Source: Octopus vulgaris (Eukaryota). From it: 64,000 nt of DNA. Positions 1 to 12,623 of the stretch are shown piece by piece. The position numbers and the translations under genes are program-made. The number at the start of each line of letters is the position of its first letter. Position 1 is the stretch's first letter. The notes below the pieces were generated by a model. The model had not been told where the DNA came from. It made no database searches and was given only the letters and a program-made list of their open reading frames with translations. The DNA lies in NCBI GenBank assembly GCA_951406725.2, contig OX597814.1, positions 144,832,001 to 144,896,000 of the forward strand, written 5' to 3'.

Positions 1-369
1 TAAAACGGTAAGATAACAAAAGAAAGAAAGAGACCTCAATATTATGTAAATAGAGGAAATTTATCTATACAATATGTTACATTACTCGGTAGTCATAATT
101 TTTATGACGAAAAATGCGAGCGATGCATAAGTACGCAGGCAAAGCAGAGTTATAACAGAGTAATTTCCCTTCATTTTTAACGGTATTTTTTCATAACGTT
201 TTCAAATAGCCAGATAACCGAAGAGATGGTGTTGTGGATTTCCACTTCGGCATCTGAAACTCAGAGTTTTATCTTGACTACCGAGTAATGTAACATATTG
301 TATAGATAAATTTCCTCTATTTACATAATATTGAGGTCTCTTTCTTTCTTTTGTTATCTTACCGTTTTA
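1..369. repeat. Long inverted repeat (arms 1-95 and 275-369; left arm cut by window edge) next to (TA)n; probable Penelope-like inverted terminal fragment
   Basis: 1-95 is the reverse complement of 275-369; the spacer holds a hammerhead-like fold (212-274); (TA)n follows at 373. Confidence 0.85.
212..274 (+). ncRNA. Hammerhead-ribozyme-like motif (type I, variant core)
   Basis: Stem I AGATAA(212-217)/TTATCT(269-274), core CCGAAGA, stem II GATG/CATC, T-GAAAC, short stem III ACT-CAG-AGT, cleavage triplet GUU. Confidence 0.55.
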
Positions 370-370
370 T

Positions 371-411
<41 letters not shown>

Positions 412-508
412 GTTGAAATTTATAGGAAAGCAAAAGACGAAGACAGATGCATAAACAACAAGCAGGCGTATTAGTTTGACGCTAAAGTGAGAAAGTGTTT
501 TACGTTTC

Positions 509-736
509 TTATTTTTTTATTGCCCACAAGGTGCTAAACATAGAAGGGACAAACAAGGACAGACAAAGGGATTAAGTCGATAACATCGACCCCAGTGCGT
601 AACTGGTACTTAATTTATCGACCCCGAAAGGATGAAAGGCAATGTCGACCTCGGCGGAATTTGAACGCAGAACGTAACGGCAGACGAAATACCGCTAAGC
701 ATTTTGCTCGACGGGTTAACGTTTCTGCCAGCTCGT
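509..736 (-). mobile_element. tRNA-derived SINE, family A, with TSD TTTTACGTTTC (498-508/738-748)
   Basis: Reverse complement of the GAGCTGGCAGAAACGTTA...GTTCAAATTCCGCCGAGGTCGAC...CTGGGGTCGAT consensus seen >10 times in the window; A/B-box-like head. Confidence 0.85.
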
Positions 737-773
737 CTTTTACGTTTCGAGCCCTACGCTCTTCGACAGAAAG
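737..773 (-). ncRNA. Minimal hammerhead-like motif (HH-1)
   Basis: Minus strand CTTT-CTGTCGA-A-GAGC-GTAGG-GCTC-GAAAC-GTA-AAAG: stem I CUUU/AAAG, stem II GAGC/GCUC. Confidence 0.6.
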
Positions 774-783
774 GAACACAAGG

Positions 784-836
<53 letters not shown>

Positions 837-842
837 CATATA

Positions 843-1050
843 TGTAGTTAAAGTTTACAGGAAGAAAGACGAAATAGGTGAAGGAGCAACAAGTAGATGT
901 ATTAGTTTGACGCTCGGGAAGAGTGGAGAAGTCTTTGATGTTTTGAACCTATGCTCTTCGTCAGAAAGGATTGAGAGGATAAAAAATGGAGAGAGAACGA
1001 AAACAAAGACAAAAACAAAAAAAAAACGAATGAGGAAAAATGTGTAGGGA
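843..1050 (-). mobile_element. HH-1 element copy with decayed hammerhead (933-968)
   Basis: Minus strand CTTT-CTGACGA-A-GAGC-ATAG-GTTC-AAAAC-ATC-AAAG; flanks align with the other HH-1 copies; abuts (TA)n. Confidence 0.65.
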
Positions 1051-1525
1051 TTATAACGTTAATGTTTGGTATCATTTTCAATTATAATAATAACAAATTT
1101 ATATTAATTTGATAGGTTACTGCATACTTTTGTAGAGCACGAATTCATTAGTCTTATGCAAGAATGTTGTTTACTGTGACTTCGAAGTCACTGAATAATA
1201 ATGATATATATATAATGTGTGTGTGTGTATGAATGTATGTGTACATGTATGTGTGTGTGTGTGTATGCATGTCTGTGTTTATCCACCAATCGCTTGATAA
1301 CCGGTGTTGGTTTGTTTAATAAATTCTGTGGTTGATTTGTTCGAATAAACTTTTCAAGGCGGTGCTCCAGCATGGCCGCTGTCCAATGAGGCAAACAAGT
1401 AACTGTTAAACGATAAAAGATAATATATTTGTACGTTTTCTAATAAACCCTTAAACATCTTGGTTGTTCAAATAAATGCGATTATCCACTCTCTTAATTC
1501 ATTTTCTTTACACACGCACGCACAC

Positions 1526-1564
<39 letters not shown>

Positions 1565-2232
1565 TACACACACGCACATTTAGAAGAAGCGCACGGTTCG
1601 GAGGCTTGGAGCGATAAATCGTTAAATTTAGTGCTACAGAGAATTGCTGCATCTTCAAGATTAATAACAAGAGGATAATTTGGGATCCATGGGATGTGCG
1701 CCAAAAATTATTTTTAACAATTTCAGATTTTTAGGTTGGCAACAACTTTTATTGCTTGGAAAAAGAATTGCAATTTTGCAAACATTATTGCGCACACAGA
1801 ACATTGAATTATAGAAGGAAAACAGATTTTGGATTAAAATAATTCAAGCTGTTCATAATTAAATATAATATTAACAAATATAATATTAGTACAACAGGGG
1901 TAAAATGAACTGCTTCAGAATAAAATTAAAGTAAAATTGGAGTAGGATGTAGACTAAATAGCAACCATTTTAATTTAGCATTTTGTATGAAACCCACACG
2001 CTCTCGAGTTAATGAACACATTAACCAACATATTGCTTTGTGCATTGTAAAGGTTAAAACTGAAAAAAAAAAAAAAAAAAAAAAACGCAACAACCTTATA
2101 AATAGATTAAATATGAAATGAATACTGAATATTCAGCAACTGAATCGTGGTTGAGTCATTTCAGTGTTAAAATACTGTGTTGAATCAAAATTATTGTAAT
2201 ATTTTGGTCACTTATTTGCTTTATTCATCAAG

Positions 2233-2780
2233 TTACAACAAATGCAGGCTCGTATTCAAAGTAGAGGCAATCGTGTTGTACCGTCTGAAGTGATCTTTCT
2301 GCCAGTTCTTTGATCCCATGTTGATACCAGTTGTTGCTCCTTCAGCAAAGAATTCCTTCACTGAAGCTTCCATGTCCTGTTGGTCGATGGAGCGTCCCGA
2401 GAACACGAAGTGAGCCATGGATCGGAACAAGTAATAGTCCGAAAGAGATATTTTCCCGCATTCCTAACATGCATAAGCAGTGGTTAAGCAAGGACGGGTT
2501 CCCGAAACCGCTCTGCGTGTGATGGAATTCGAGGGGATAATTCACAACGAGTTCGTTCCGGATGGTTGAACCATCGATGCCAACGTGTATTCCGAACAAC
2601 TGGAGCGGATGTATGCTATTGTGAGGCAAAAATACCCGGCTGTGGTTAACAGAAAGTGTGCTCTTCTACAGCAAGAAAACATATGACTTCATTCTGCACA
2701 AATGACACTCAATAATCTCCAGGAAATTGAAAGAATCGAACTGATGCCACACCCAGCATATAGTGTGGACCTGTCTCTTC
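2233..2780. mobile_element. Mariner transposase relic with internal inversion
   Basis: + strand 2444-2780 translates, with stops and shifts, to HKQWLSKD...TIDANVYSEQLERM...ELMPHPAYSVDLS. - strand 2443-2233 continues SDYYLFRSMAHF...EASVKEFFA, i.e. the mariner YSPDLAPSDY region. Confidence 0.85.
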
Positions 2781-2784
2781 CTCT

Positions 2785-2904
2785 GTTACCGAACCGCTAA
2801 CTTATGGAGACGTAAACAAACCAACACCAGCTGACAAGCGGTGAGGAGCCAAACACACACACACGCGACATACATAATATATACATATAATATATACATA
2901 ATAT

Positions 2905-2978
<74 letters not shown>

Positions 2979-3352
2979 GTGGGTCGTCTCGAGAATTTAG
3001 ATTTATGGAGACAATGTTTCCATATCGCCCGAAGAAACACAACTATACCTCATAATGCAGGAAAACGGTTGCATAATCAAGTACCTGCACGCCTGGAGAA
3101 TTATGTTGCGTAGAAACAATTGTAGTGATTGAATATAAATGTCCAACCGTACACTCCTTCTTTTTGACTCCAAATTTTTTCAATTATATATATATGCACG
3201 AAGGGTTTCTTACAGTTTTCGTCAGCCAAATCCACTCACAAGATTTGGTTGGCCCGGAGCTATAGCAGAAGACACTTGACCAACGTGCTGTGGGACTGAA
3301 CCCGAAACCATGTTGATGGGAAGCATGATTCTTACCACACAACCACTCCTGT
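2785..3352 (-). mobile_element. SINE family B copy carrying a hammerhead-bearing insert (about 2976-3185) in its central microsatellite
   Basis: 3198-3352 and 2785-2870 match the two halves of family B (compare 20231-20630). Confidence 0.7.
3024..3129 (+). ncRNA. Hammerhead-like motif with extended stem II
   Basis: ATCGC-CCGAAGA-A-ACACAAC...GTTGCGT-A-GAAAC-AATT-GTA-GTGAT: stem I ATCGC/GTGAT, palindromic loop III AATT, triplet GUA. Confidence 0.6.
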
Positions 3353-4540
3353 ATCTATTAACTTTTCAAAACGTTTTTATCTGAAACTGTTCAGAGAAGG
3401 AAGCACTGAAGATAGCCTCCCACTGTAAATGATCACATTTGCAATCCGTTTTGCACCAATTTAACATACGCAAAAGCACACAAACATACATGCGCTTAAC
3501 ATACATACACGTATCCATGAAGATCAGTTCCACGCTCTTTTTCTCGATAATTTATGTTTGCCTGCCATGAACATTCAGTCGTTAAATGCAAAGATTTTCC
3601 AACCACTTTGATTAGTATCCCAGTATTTGCTCCCCTTTTCACCAAGCTATTCAAGCTTTCTCTTAATACAAATATCTAGTTAACGCTATGGAATTGCATG
3701 GGAAATTTATTTGATATTACAGACTACAGTTTTAGAGCCCAGTTTAGCACAACTTCATGACCTTCAACTGCCTTTGATGGAATTTACTTTGTTGGAAGGA
3801 ATCAAACAAAGTCTCCGGTTTGAGAATAACTTTTGCTTCATGCCATCAGTCTCGGTGAATGACAAAAAAAAAAAAAAAAGAAGACCTATGGGAGTTATCC
3901 ACCCTTCTCTGACTAAGTTGCAAAGAATATAAGTTCGATTGAAAAACAGGCAACTACTATACATTGGGAATGCGGAAAGGGACCATTTTCATTTACTAAC
4001 TTCTGAGTACTTCTCAATGTGGTCAATCGATTCTCAAATGATACCCTGTCGTGGCATGCTCAAAGAAAACCTATAAAATTGCAGATTGCACTTACTCATT
4101 TAGCTGGTTACTTGTGTGCCATAGATCTGCCGCCTAATCAGAGCTGTATTATACGCAAAACTAACTTCAGTAGGATTTGAACCCCGAACGCTGAAACCCG
4201 TTACTAATACTTCAAGGCATTTTATTCGTTGCTCTAAAAACTGCCAATTTTCTGCTTTAAAACATTGTGTAAAGTGGATTCGAACTGACGCCAACATTTG
4301 TAGACCAGAATACTCATTGTTCTGATTAAGAAGTTGTACGTTGAATTTGGCGCCTTACACTTTTTGGCCTCTCTGAGAGCTTTGCTAAAAGGTGCGATAC
4401 ATTGGATATTAGAAAGCTTGAATAAATAAGATATGGTCATGGTAATATCGTCTGAATTTAGGTGTGCTGTAAAATGATTGACCTCAGCCTAAACAGCAAC
4501 AACAAAAACAACAACAACTGATTAATATTTTATCAGGCCT

Positions 4541-5009
4541 AAAACGGCGAGCTGGCAGAGTCGTTACCGCACCGGGCAAAATGCTTAGCGGCATTTCGAG
4601 CGTTGTTACGTTCTGTGTTCAAGTTCCGCCGAGGTCGACTTTGCATTTCATCCTTTCGAGGTCGAAAAAATAAGTACTTATTTCTTTACTAACCACAAGG
4701 GGATAAACACAGAGAGGACAAACAAGGAAAGACAAACGGATTAAGTCGATTAAGTCGATTACACCAGTGCGTAACTGGTACTTAATTTGTCGACCCCGAA
4801 AGGATGAAAGGTAAAGTCGACTTCGGCGGAATTTGAACTCAGAACGTAACGGCAGACGAAATACGGCTACGCATTTCGCCCGGCGTGCTAACGTTTCTGC
4901 CAGCTCGCCGTCTTAAAAAAATAAGTACCTTTTACCTACTGGGAGCGATGTAATCGACTGCCACCTTCCTTCTCGTAATTGCTGGCGTTGTTCCAAAATT
5001 TGAAATCAG
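4541..5009 (+). mobile_element. SINE A (TSD TATTTTATCAGGCCT 4526-4540/5010-5024) containing an antisense SINE A (4678-4913; TSD AAAAAATAAGTAC 4665-4677/4916-4928)
   Basis: Both TSD pairs are directly readable; the inner copy is the reverse complement of the family A consensus. Confidence 0.9.
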
Positions 5010-5488
5010 TATTTTATCAGGCCTGAAAGAGATAAAATTCGAAATCAAGACGAGCAAGAATTGAACTTCGAACACTGAAAAATGAAAGCAAATAACAGAC
5101 AGCGTTTAAGCCGCCATTTTTACCATTTCTTGAAACCAACTACTTCCACTACAACAACAAACACTAATGGTTACTGATGACGACGACGATGACGATGACG
5201 ATGATGATGATGATCAGCCAAAGATGATGATGATGATGATGATGATGATAATGATGTCGACTATGATTACGATTGCAATGATTGTGATGATGATGATAGT
5301 AGTGGTGGCGGTGATGATGATGCTGTTTCTGAAGACGCAGCTCTGCATCTCATTGATCTAAGGAGTTGAATGTAGATAAAATAGATGAGAAATGTCTTCC
5401 TCGTTTAGTTTTTTCTTACTTTTGTTTCTATATTTTTTCTTCCTTCCTTTCTTTCCTTTCTATATTAGTGGCTACTTCTCAACATCAA

Positions 5489-5520
<32 letters not shown>

Positions 5521-6055
5521 ATCCCTTCTCTCTCTCTTTCTCTGTCTTATTCTCTCTTAGTCTTTCTCTGTATTTACTCTCTTCTCTAGAATAATTATGA
5601 GAGAAAAAGCCTTGCATAAATCTAGGTTGTTTGCTGCATACTTTGCCATAAATGTCAGAGTTAAATAGATCAGGCAGGCTTAATTTATACAGATGAACGA
5701 AGAAGTACATCTATATCACTCTACATTTTCGGTTCTCTTGCTTTCTCTCTTTCTCATACACACATTCATACATAGATAGATTCATTCATACATACATAAA
5801 TGCATGCGTTTACACACAAGCGTACACCGATACACACATCTACACACATCTACACAAATATACACACAAACGCACGCATATGTATCGGCATGTATGCCAT
5901 TTTCCTTATTCTTCCTGAATAGCTATAGAAATGTATCATGCAAACTTATATTCATAAACATGCATATCAAAAGGTACAAACAACTTGTTTACACACACAC
6001 ACACATCCATACGCTGCCTTCCCCACGTATTCTTCAGATCTTTTATCTATTTTAG

Positions 6056-6117
<62 letters not shown>

Positions 6118-7843
6118 TACATATATTGTTTGTGTATAAATATGAATGAATATGTATGTGTGTGCCTAAGTGTATTTATATTAATCAACTTATGTATACG
6201 TTATGCGTATTCATAAAACAACTTCCATATTTTGTATACATAAACAGCATGCAATTATATATTAGAATAGATATCCGTACATATACATACATACATACAA
6301 CATACATACATACATACATACATACTCATATATGTATATATGTATGTGTGTATTCATGTATATATGGCTGTACGCATGTGCATGTATGTAAACATGCGAG
6401 CCATTGAATAGCGTCAGATAAGTTATTAAATTTAACAATTGGAATGCAAACATGAAAATTGTAAACTTCATGACTCTAACTTTTGCATAGGTTCTATAGA
6501 TGTTTCGTACTTTCTCGTAGGGTCAGCATGCGTGTATTGCAAATATCCATTGCAATACGTTATGCAACGAACAATAAATTTAGACAAAAAAAAACTCCCC
6601 AAAAAACCCCAAATATTATTTGATAGCACAAGTGACTTACATAGAATTCTATAACAATGTGAGAAAATTGTTCATGGGAACCACGTTGATAACAATCAAG
6701 TAAACGAAAGCTTAGCACACAGATAACATATCCAAGCTAAATATGGATGCGAACATAAATCACAGATATGAGATGTAATGTATAAGCTGATTCAATGGAG
6801 AGAAACGATGCAGTTATTAAGCAAACCACACAACCGTACTGGGATCACAAAATAATCTGAAAGTGATGCGACTTCAAATGGCTTAACGTAACAGCCGAAT
6901 GTCTTGATTGGCCTGGTGGTTAATGTTGCAAGCATTTCATTTGATACATACGTTTGAATCTTTCTATTCTTTCTCATATACACGTCTGAGTGTTCCATTT
7001 CTTAGTTTCTGTTTGCATCCATATTTAGTTTAACATACAAACCTTTTATTCATCGTTGAATCTTGTGGTGTATAGGGTTATAGGTTTGTAGATTCGTGCT
7101 CATGATGTGGTTTTGAATTCTAGGATTCTTTCGTTTTACAATGTATTCTGTTAGTTTGTTATTACCTGTAAAACATGCGTTCAGCTTTATGAGTTCTTTT
7201 TTTTATATAACGAATTCCTGAATTTTATAGCACGCATTTAATTTGTGTAATATACTTCAGGCAACATGTTTGTCTGATGTATCTGTTACATTTATCAGAG
7301 TAATTTGTTTTTGCACTGTTTGACATTTCTTCTTTTCAAAGAATCATTTGTAGAAAAGAATATATGAGGAGAATTTATTATTATCATTATATATTGACCA
7401 AACTATGATCAAACTTCTGTTACTATTGAAGACTTCTACGGAAGACAGTGATGTTATTAACTGTTCGTTTTACGTCTAAATTTATTGTACGTAGCATAAT
7501 ATAATGTGTTGTAATTTATTGTACAATACATATAATGTGCTGTAATTTGTAGTAGACGCATGGTGAACCCATCAAAAAGTGTAGGACATTCAGTACAATT
7601 ATTATAGTAAAATATAAGCAAACAAACCATGTTTCATTAGAAACATTAGAATATTTCTACCTGGGCTCCATTCGTTACAGGCAACACATCTAGACGTTAA
7701 ACTGTGGCCATTGTTAGGATAATTTCTGAACATCTTGTAGTTGCTTACGGAGTAAAATAGGGAGAGAGAGAGAAAGATTACAGGGATAGAAGAGAGGGTG
7801 AATATTCTCTTTAAGCGGAGAGAACAGCTTCACGGTTTATAAT

Positions 7844-7955
<112 letters not shown>

Positions 7956-7963
7956 CTGTTGTT

Positions 7964-9525
7964 GCCTTTGCACAGCTTCTAACGCTGGAGATGTACTACA
8001 GTGTCAGCTGTTAACTACCAGTGAACTAAGGTGACACCTTACTTTTCGAGCACCTTCCAGAGTATTCGAGCGGTTCCAAGCAGTGCTGATTTCTGTAAAT
8101 GCACCACCCTTATTGCAGCCCCTATTTGTTCCGCGTACTTCTCGAGATTTTTACTCACTGTCCCCAGAGCTCCGACAATTATTGGTACTACTGTTACCTT
8201 TTTCATCAACCACAACTGCTTAACCTCCCAAGAAGACCTGTCATATCTCTCGACTTCTTTCTTCCTTATCGCATACTTTGTTGTCAGCTGGGCGTACTAT
8301 ATCTACAATCCAGCATAGTTTGTTTTCTTTCTCAATTAAGACAATGTCCGGCTTCCTATTCTCAATCTCATGGTCGCACTGAATCATAAGGAGGATCTTT
8401 GCATTTCTATTTTCGACAATGTCTTCAGGTTTGTGGTCGTACCAGTTTTTTTTCCCTGTCACGTACATACTTGTTGCAAAGTGTCCAATGGAGAAGCCTG
8501 GCTATATTGTCGTGGCGTCTCTTATATTCCTTCTGGGCTAGTGGCGTACATTGGCTGGTAATATGCCATACGGTTTCACCATTTTGTCCACAGATTCTGC
8601 ACTTAACACTTTCTGATGTGCTGTCTATTCTGTATTTTATGTAGTTTGTTCTTAGTGCTTGCACTTGGGCAGCACAGATTAGAGCTTCCGTTTCCAGTTT
8701 TAAATTACTCTTAGTCATCCACAGCCATCTTTTTTCTCTGTCTGTCTTATCTTCAACATCCCTATGAAATTCACCACGCATTCTTTTCTTTACCCACCTA
8801 TTTTCAGTTTCATTCGTTTTCAATTTCTTGTACAGTGCTTTATCTTTGCAATCTTTCATCCTACACAAGCCTGACCTTCCTACTTCTAATATTAGCGGTT
8901 CTGTAGCATTATGTTGTTTTCTTCTGCTCTAATGCTGTGTTCGCATCCAATAAGTCTTCTTCCCCCTTTTTTCTTGGTACATACAGTCTGACTGTGTCAC
9001 TTTTTGGGTGGAGTGACCCATATCTAGTTAGCAACTTCCTTGTCTTTCTGTCTAAGCTGCTTAGTCCGTCTACTGTCCATGCGATTACCCCTGCTCCATA
9101 TCTAAGGAGTGAAACCGCCCAGGTGTTGATAGCTTTGATCTTATTCCGTCCGTTTAATTTCGACTTAAGGATCAGTTCCAGTCTGCGCAAGTACTCCACT
9201 TTAAAATTTTCTGTCACTTCTTTCTCCATTAATTTATCCATTTCCAAAATCGCCAAGTACTTATAGCCCGTCTCTTCTATCTGCTTCATAACCTCCCCCG
9301 ACGGTATCGTTAGTCCGTCCATACATTTGATTTTTGCCTCTCTTCAATACTAAAACACCACACTTTCTCGGTCCGAACTCCATTTTGGTATCAGCACTGA
9401 AGGTATACACCGTATGAACAAGGAAACTGACTTGGGTCGCATCTTTACCATAAAGTTTGAGGACCTCTATGAATTACAAATGGTTGACTTTTTGTTGGCG
9501 GTTTTTGAATACATGCTCAGCTTTT
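7964..9525 (-). mobile_element. 5'-truncated R4/Dong-clade non-LTR retrotransposon (RT C-terminal part, CCHC knuckle, RLE endonuclease), disrupted
   Basis: YKYLAI...NKIKAINTWAVSLLRY...LHPKSD; CRICGQNGETVWHITSQC, RRHD, NRKPDIVL..IVD, QKSALLGTARIL with stop at 8039-8041; flanked by (ATT)n tracts on both sides. Confidence 0.92.
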
Positions 9526-9538
9526 GCTATTATTATTA

Positions 9539-9596
<58 letters not shown>

Positions 9597-9605
9597 AATT
9601 ATTAA

Positions 9606-9817
9606 GGCGGTGAGCTGGCATAATCGTTAGCGCGCTGGGCGAAATGTTTAATGGCATTTCGCCTATCGCTACATTCTGAGTTCAAATTCCGTCGAGATCG
9701 ACTTTGCCTTTCATCCTTTCGGTGTGGATAAATTAAATACCTGTAGAGAAATGAGGTCGATGTAATCGACTTAACCACTTCCCCGAAATTTCGGGCCTTG
9801 TGCCTATAGTAGAAAGG
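9606..9817 (+). mobile_element. SINE family A (short-tail variant) in (ATT)n
   Basis: GGCGGTGAGCTGGCA...GTTCAAATTCC...GCCTTGTGCCTATAGTAGAAAG. Confidence 0.85.
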
Positions 9818-9821
9818 TTTA

Positions 9822-9859
<38 letters not shown>

Positions 9860-9861
<2 letters not shown>

Positions 9862-10055
9862 GCACATATCGACAGCCACTAAGGGACATGTTCAACCTGT
9901 TAAGGTCAAATGACTGATAAGCAAATCTGTGGTATTGAGCAGGATATTTGCTGTAGCCCATCTTTTATACCAAGACAAAACAATGTACATGATAACAATT
10001 CCAGTCAGTTAAGATGAGAAGCCATGAGAGCCACTGCTTGGTACTGCATCAGGGC

Positions 10056-10109
<54 letters not shown>

Positions 10110-10675
10110 CATTATTATTATTATTATTATTATTGTTGTTGTTGTTGTTGTTGTTTTCGTTGTCGTTATTATTATTATTATTATTATTGAGTGAGAGAAC
10201 AGTTCATGCCATCAAAGTGACACTGGGGTAAAATATACGAAGCCCAATATACCCATCATGACTACCCGTCTGATAAAGGTACACCAGGCACATGCATCAC
10301 AACCATATGTGCGCGACATGTTGATCTCATATCAAGATAAACAGCACATGACCTTGCAGGTGGGGCCCAGTTAGAATTTTCTTCAGGTTGAGTAGCCCAT
10401 CCCGCTCAAACGGTCCCTGAATAAGGGTTGTTTAAGGATTTTGAAAGAACCACCCATGTTTCCAGAGGTGAACTATTCAAACCCCAAAGAATCCCTCTCA
10501 ACACATGGCTATGATGCTCCCTCACTACTTCTGCTCGTGATCAGAGATGCACATATCGTCAGCCACTAAGGGACATGCTCAACTGGTTAAGGTCAAACAA
10601 CTGACAAGCAAATCTGTGGTATTGAGCAGAATATTTGCTGTAGCCCATCTTTTATACCAAGCCCATCTTTTATAC
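9860..10675. repeat. Two overlapping fragments (9860-10056, 10189-10675) of an unclassified non-coding element embedded in (ATT)n
   Basis: 9860-9973 is nearly identical to 10548-10660; every fragment end abuts (ATT)n; no ORF. Confidence 0.7.
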
Positions 10676-10731
<56 letters not shown>

Positions 10732-11249
10732 AGAGACCTTTTCCCCCATATATATTTTTATATATATGAAAACAGAGTCAATACGCACACACACCCCTAT
10801 ATCCATACGTTACTTTAATTTGTCAAGAGGAGGAAAATCCCATAGCTTTTTCAGGGCTTCCGTAACTCGTAGGTGGATGAAAGGAAGTTATCTTCACACC
10901 AGAGACCTTTCCCGAGTGCTTGCAGCAGAATAGCCCTTGCTAAAGTTATCCGTGCGTCAGTTGATGGATTACGTCAATCAACGAGAAATAAGACTAGCCC
11001 CTCAGACGGGTTATCTCTTAGATCCTACCTACCATATTTCACTTAGAAGGCCCAAAATAATTCTAGAAAACACTTAACCTGATGCCCTAGAGTGGAATAG
11101 AACTTGAAACTATGTATATACTAAACGAACTCCTTAACTGCTCAGACACACCTGGACCCAACATATATTTCTATGTGTATATAGGTATATGTTGGTGCTG
11201 ATAACGTTTATTCGGTTTCGTCCTATAGTTAATCTGTGCTTCTACAGTA

Positions 11250-11469
11250 GGAGGGGGCTTTGAAAAGTTCCTGGATTTGGGTAAAAGAAAATACAAGACG
11301 ATCAGTTGTTAATTATGATTTTATTCAACATATTCCCCTCTCAGATTCACACGCTTACTGCAGCGGTCCTTCAGTTTTTCTAAGCCTTGTAAAAGAACTT
11401 GGAAAGTTGGGCGTCCAACCAGGCCTTTCGCGACACCCTTAAAGCCAAGAAATTTTCAGCACCCCTTCT
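11250..11469. mobile_element. Mariner-type MITE, about 220 bp
   Basis: Imperfect ~30-bp TIRs GGAGGGGGCTTTGAAAAGTTCCTGGATTT / AAAGCCAAGAAATTTTCAGCACCCCTTCT; TA on both sides. Confidence 0.75.
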
Positions 11470-11954
11470 TATATCTAAAATAGAAATGTTGTAATATAGG
11501 TACTTAGATTTAAATAGTGGCGAGCATTGTTATAATTCAGTATATATGATAATAGCATTCTGTTGTTAGTCTTTTTTTCCGTCTATCAGTCTGTTGAAGT
11601 GCGACCGTCGTAACAAATATGTCAACAACATACCGGGTATAGAAACCAACTACATTGCGAACAATGTTCATGATGTTGATGATGATAATGATATTGACTA
11701 TAACATCGCCAACGATTACGATGATGGTTGGTATGATGATGATTATAATGACAATAGAGATCAATGGCATATGCATATGAAAGAGAGTGTATGTGGTCGT
11801 GGCTTAGTGCGCTCACCCTTTGTCTGTGCAATTTATGATAGTAGACATTATTTAGCCGTCTTTCTAAATATATTTCCAGTATGAAAAATATGTAATTCTC
11901 CGTATATACTGAGAAATAATATTTTACTCTGTCCACACACACACACACATATTA

Positions 11955-12133
11955 GACGCAGACGTGGCTGTGTTGTAAGAAGCTTGGCTCCCAACCACAT
12001 GGTTCCGAGTTCAGTCTCTCTCACTGCGCAGAACATTGGGAAAGCATCTTCTAGCATAGCTCCGGGGAAAGAAGCCCGTCGTACACACACATACACACAC
12101 ACATACACACACACATACACACATACACATACA

Positions 12134-12188
<55 letters not shown>

Positions 12189-12315
12189 GACTCAGAAGAG
12201 GCTAAGTTGCAAGAAGCTTGTCTCTCAACCACATTGTTCCGAGTTCAGTCTCACTGCGCAGCACCTTGGGAAAGTATCTTCTACTATAGCCCCGGGAAAA
12301 GAAGCCTGTCGTACA
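11955..12315 (+). mobile_element. Two tandem SINE B 5' halves sharing an internal deletion
   Basis: 11955-12085 and 12190-12315 both join CCGGG directly to AAAGAAGCC.GTCGTACACAC. Confidence 0.75.
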
Positions 12316-12341
12316 CACACACATATATATATATATATATA

Positions 12342-12623
12342 CAGTTTATAGTAAAACTGAAAAGGCAAACCGTTTGGCAACACCTGAAAAGACATTTAAT
12401 TTAGATAGAGAATATAGATATACAGTTGTTTCTAGTATAATCAAGCGTCTGGATCATAATATTGAGTAAGGATTCCATAGGCTGAGTATACCGTCATCAG
12501 AAAGGCAGAAGTCAGGGAGATGTAAAAGCAAGGGAGAATCTCCTATCGGACAGATCAGTGTATTCATGATTGCCTAGAATGAGGAAAGAATCAAAGTAAA
12601 ATAGGAATGCATTAGGTAGATCA

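Larger units (their letters stand above)
409..785 (-). mobile_element. Short hammerhead-bearing element, family HH-1 (Penelope-like 3' end), interrupted by a SINE
   Basis: Homologous to 843-1050, 12679-12861 and 51320-51576; its 3' end abuts (TA)n; hammerhead motif at 737-773. Confidence 0.7.

Noticed and set aside
3600-3960. Possible CR1/L2-like RT trace (PVFAPLFTKLFKLSL..LW)
   Set aside because: One short resemblance with no downstream RT motifs; too weak to call.
6735-7030. 21-bp imperfect inverted repeat about 255 bp apart
   Set aside because: No TSD or clear element boundaries; probably a decayed inverted duplication.
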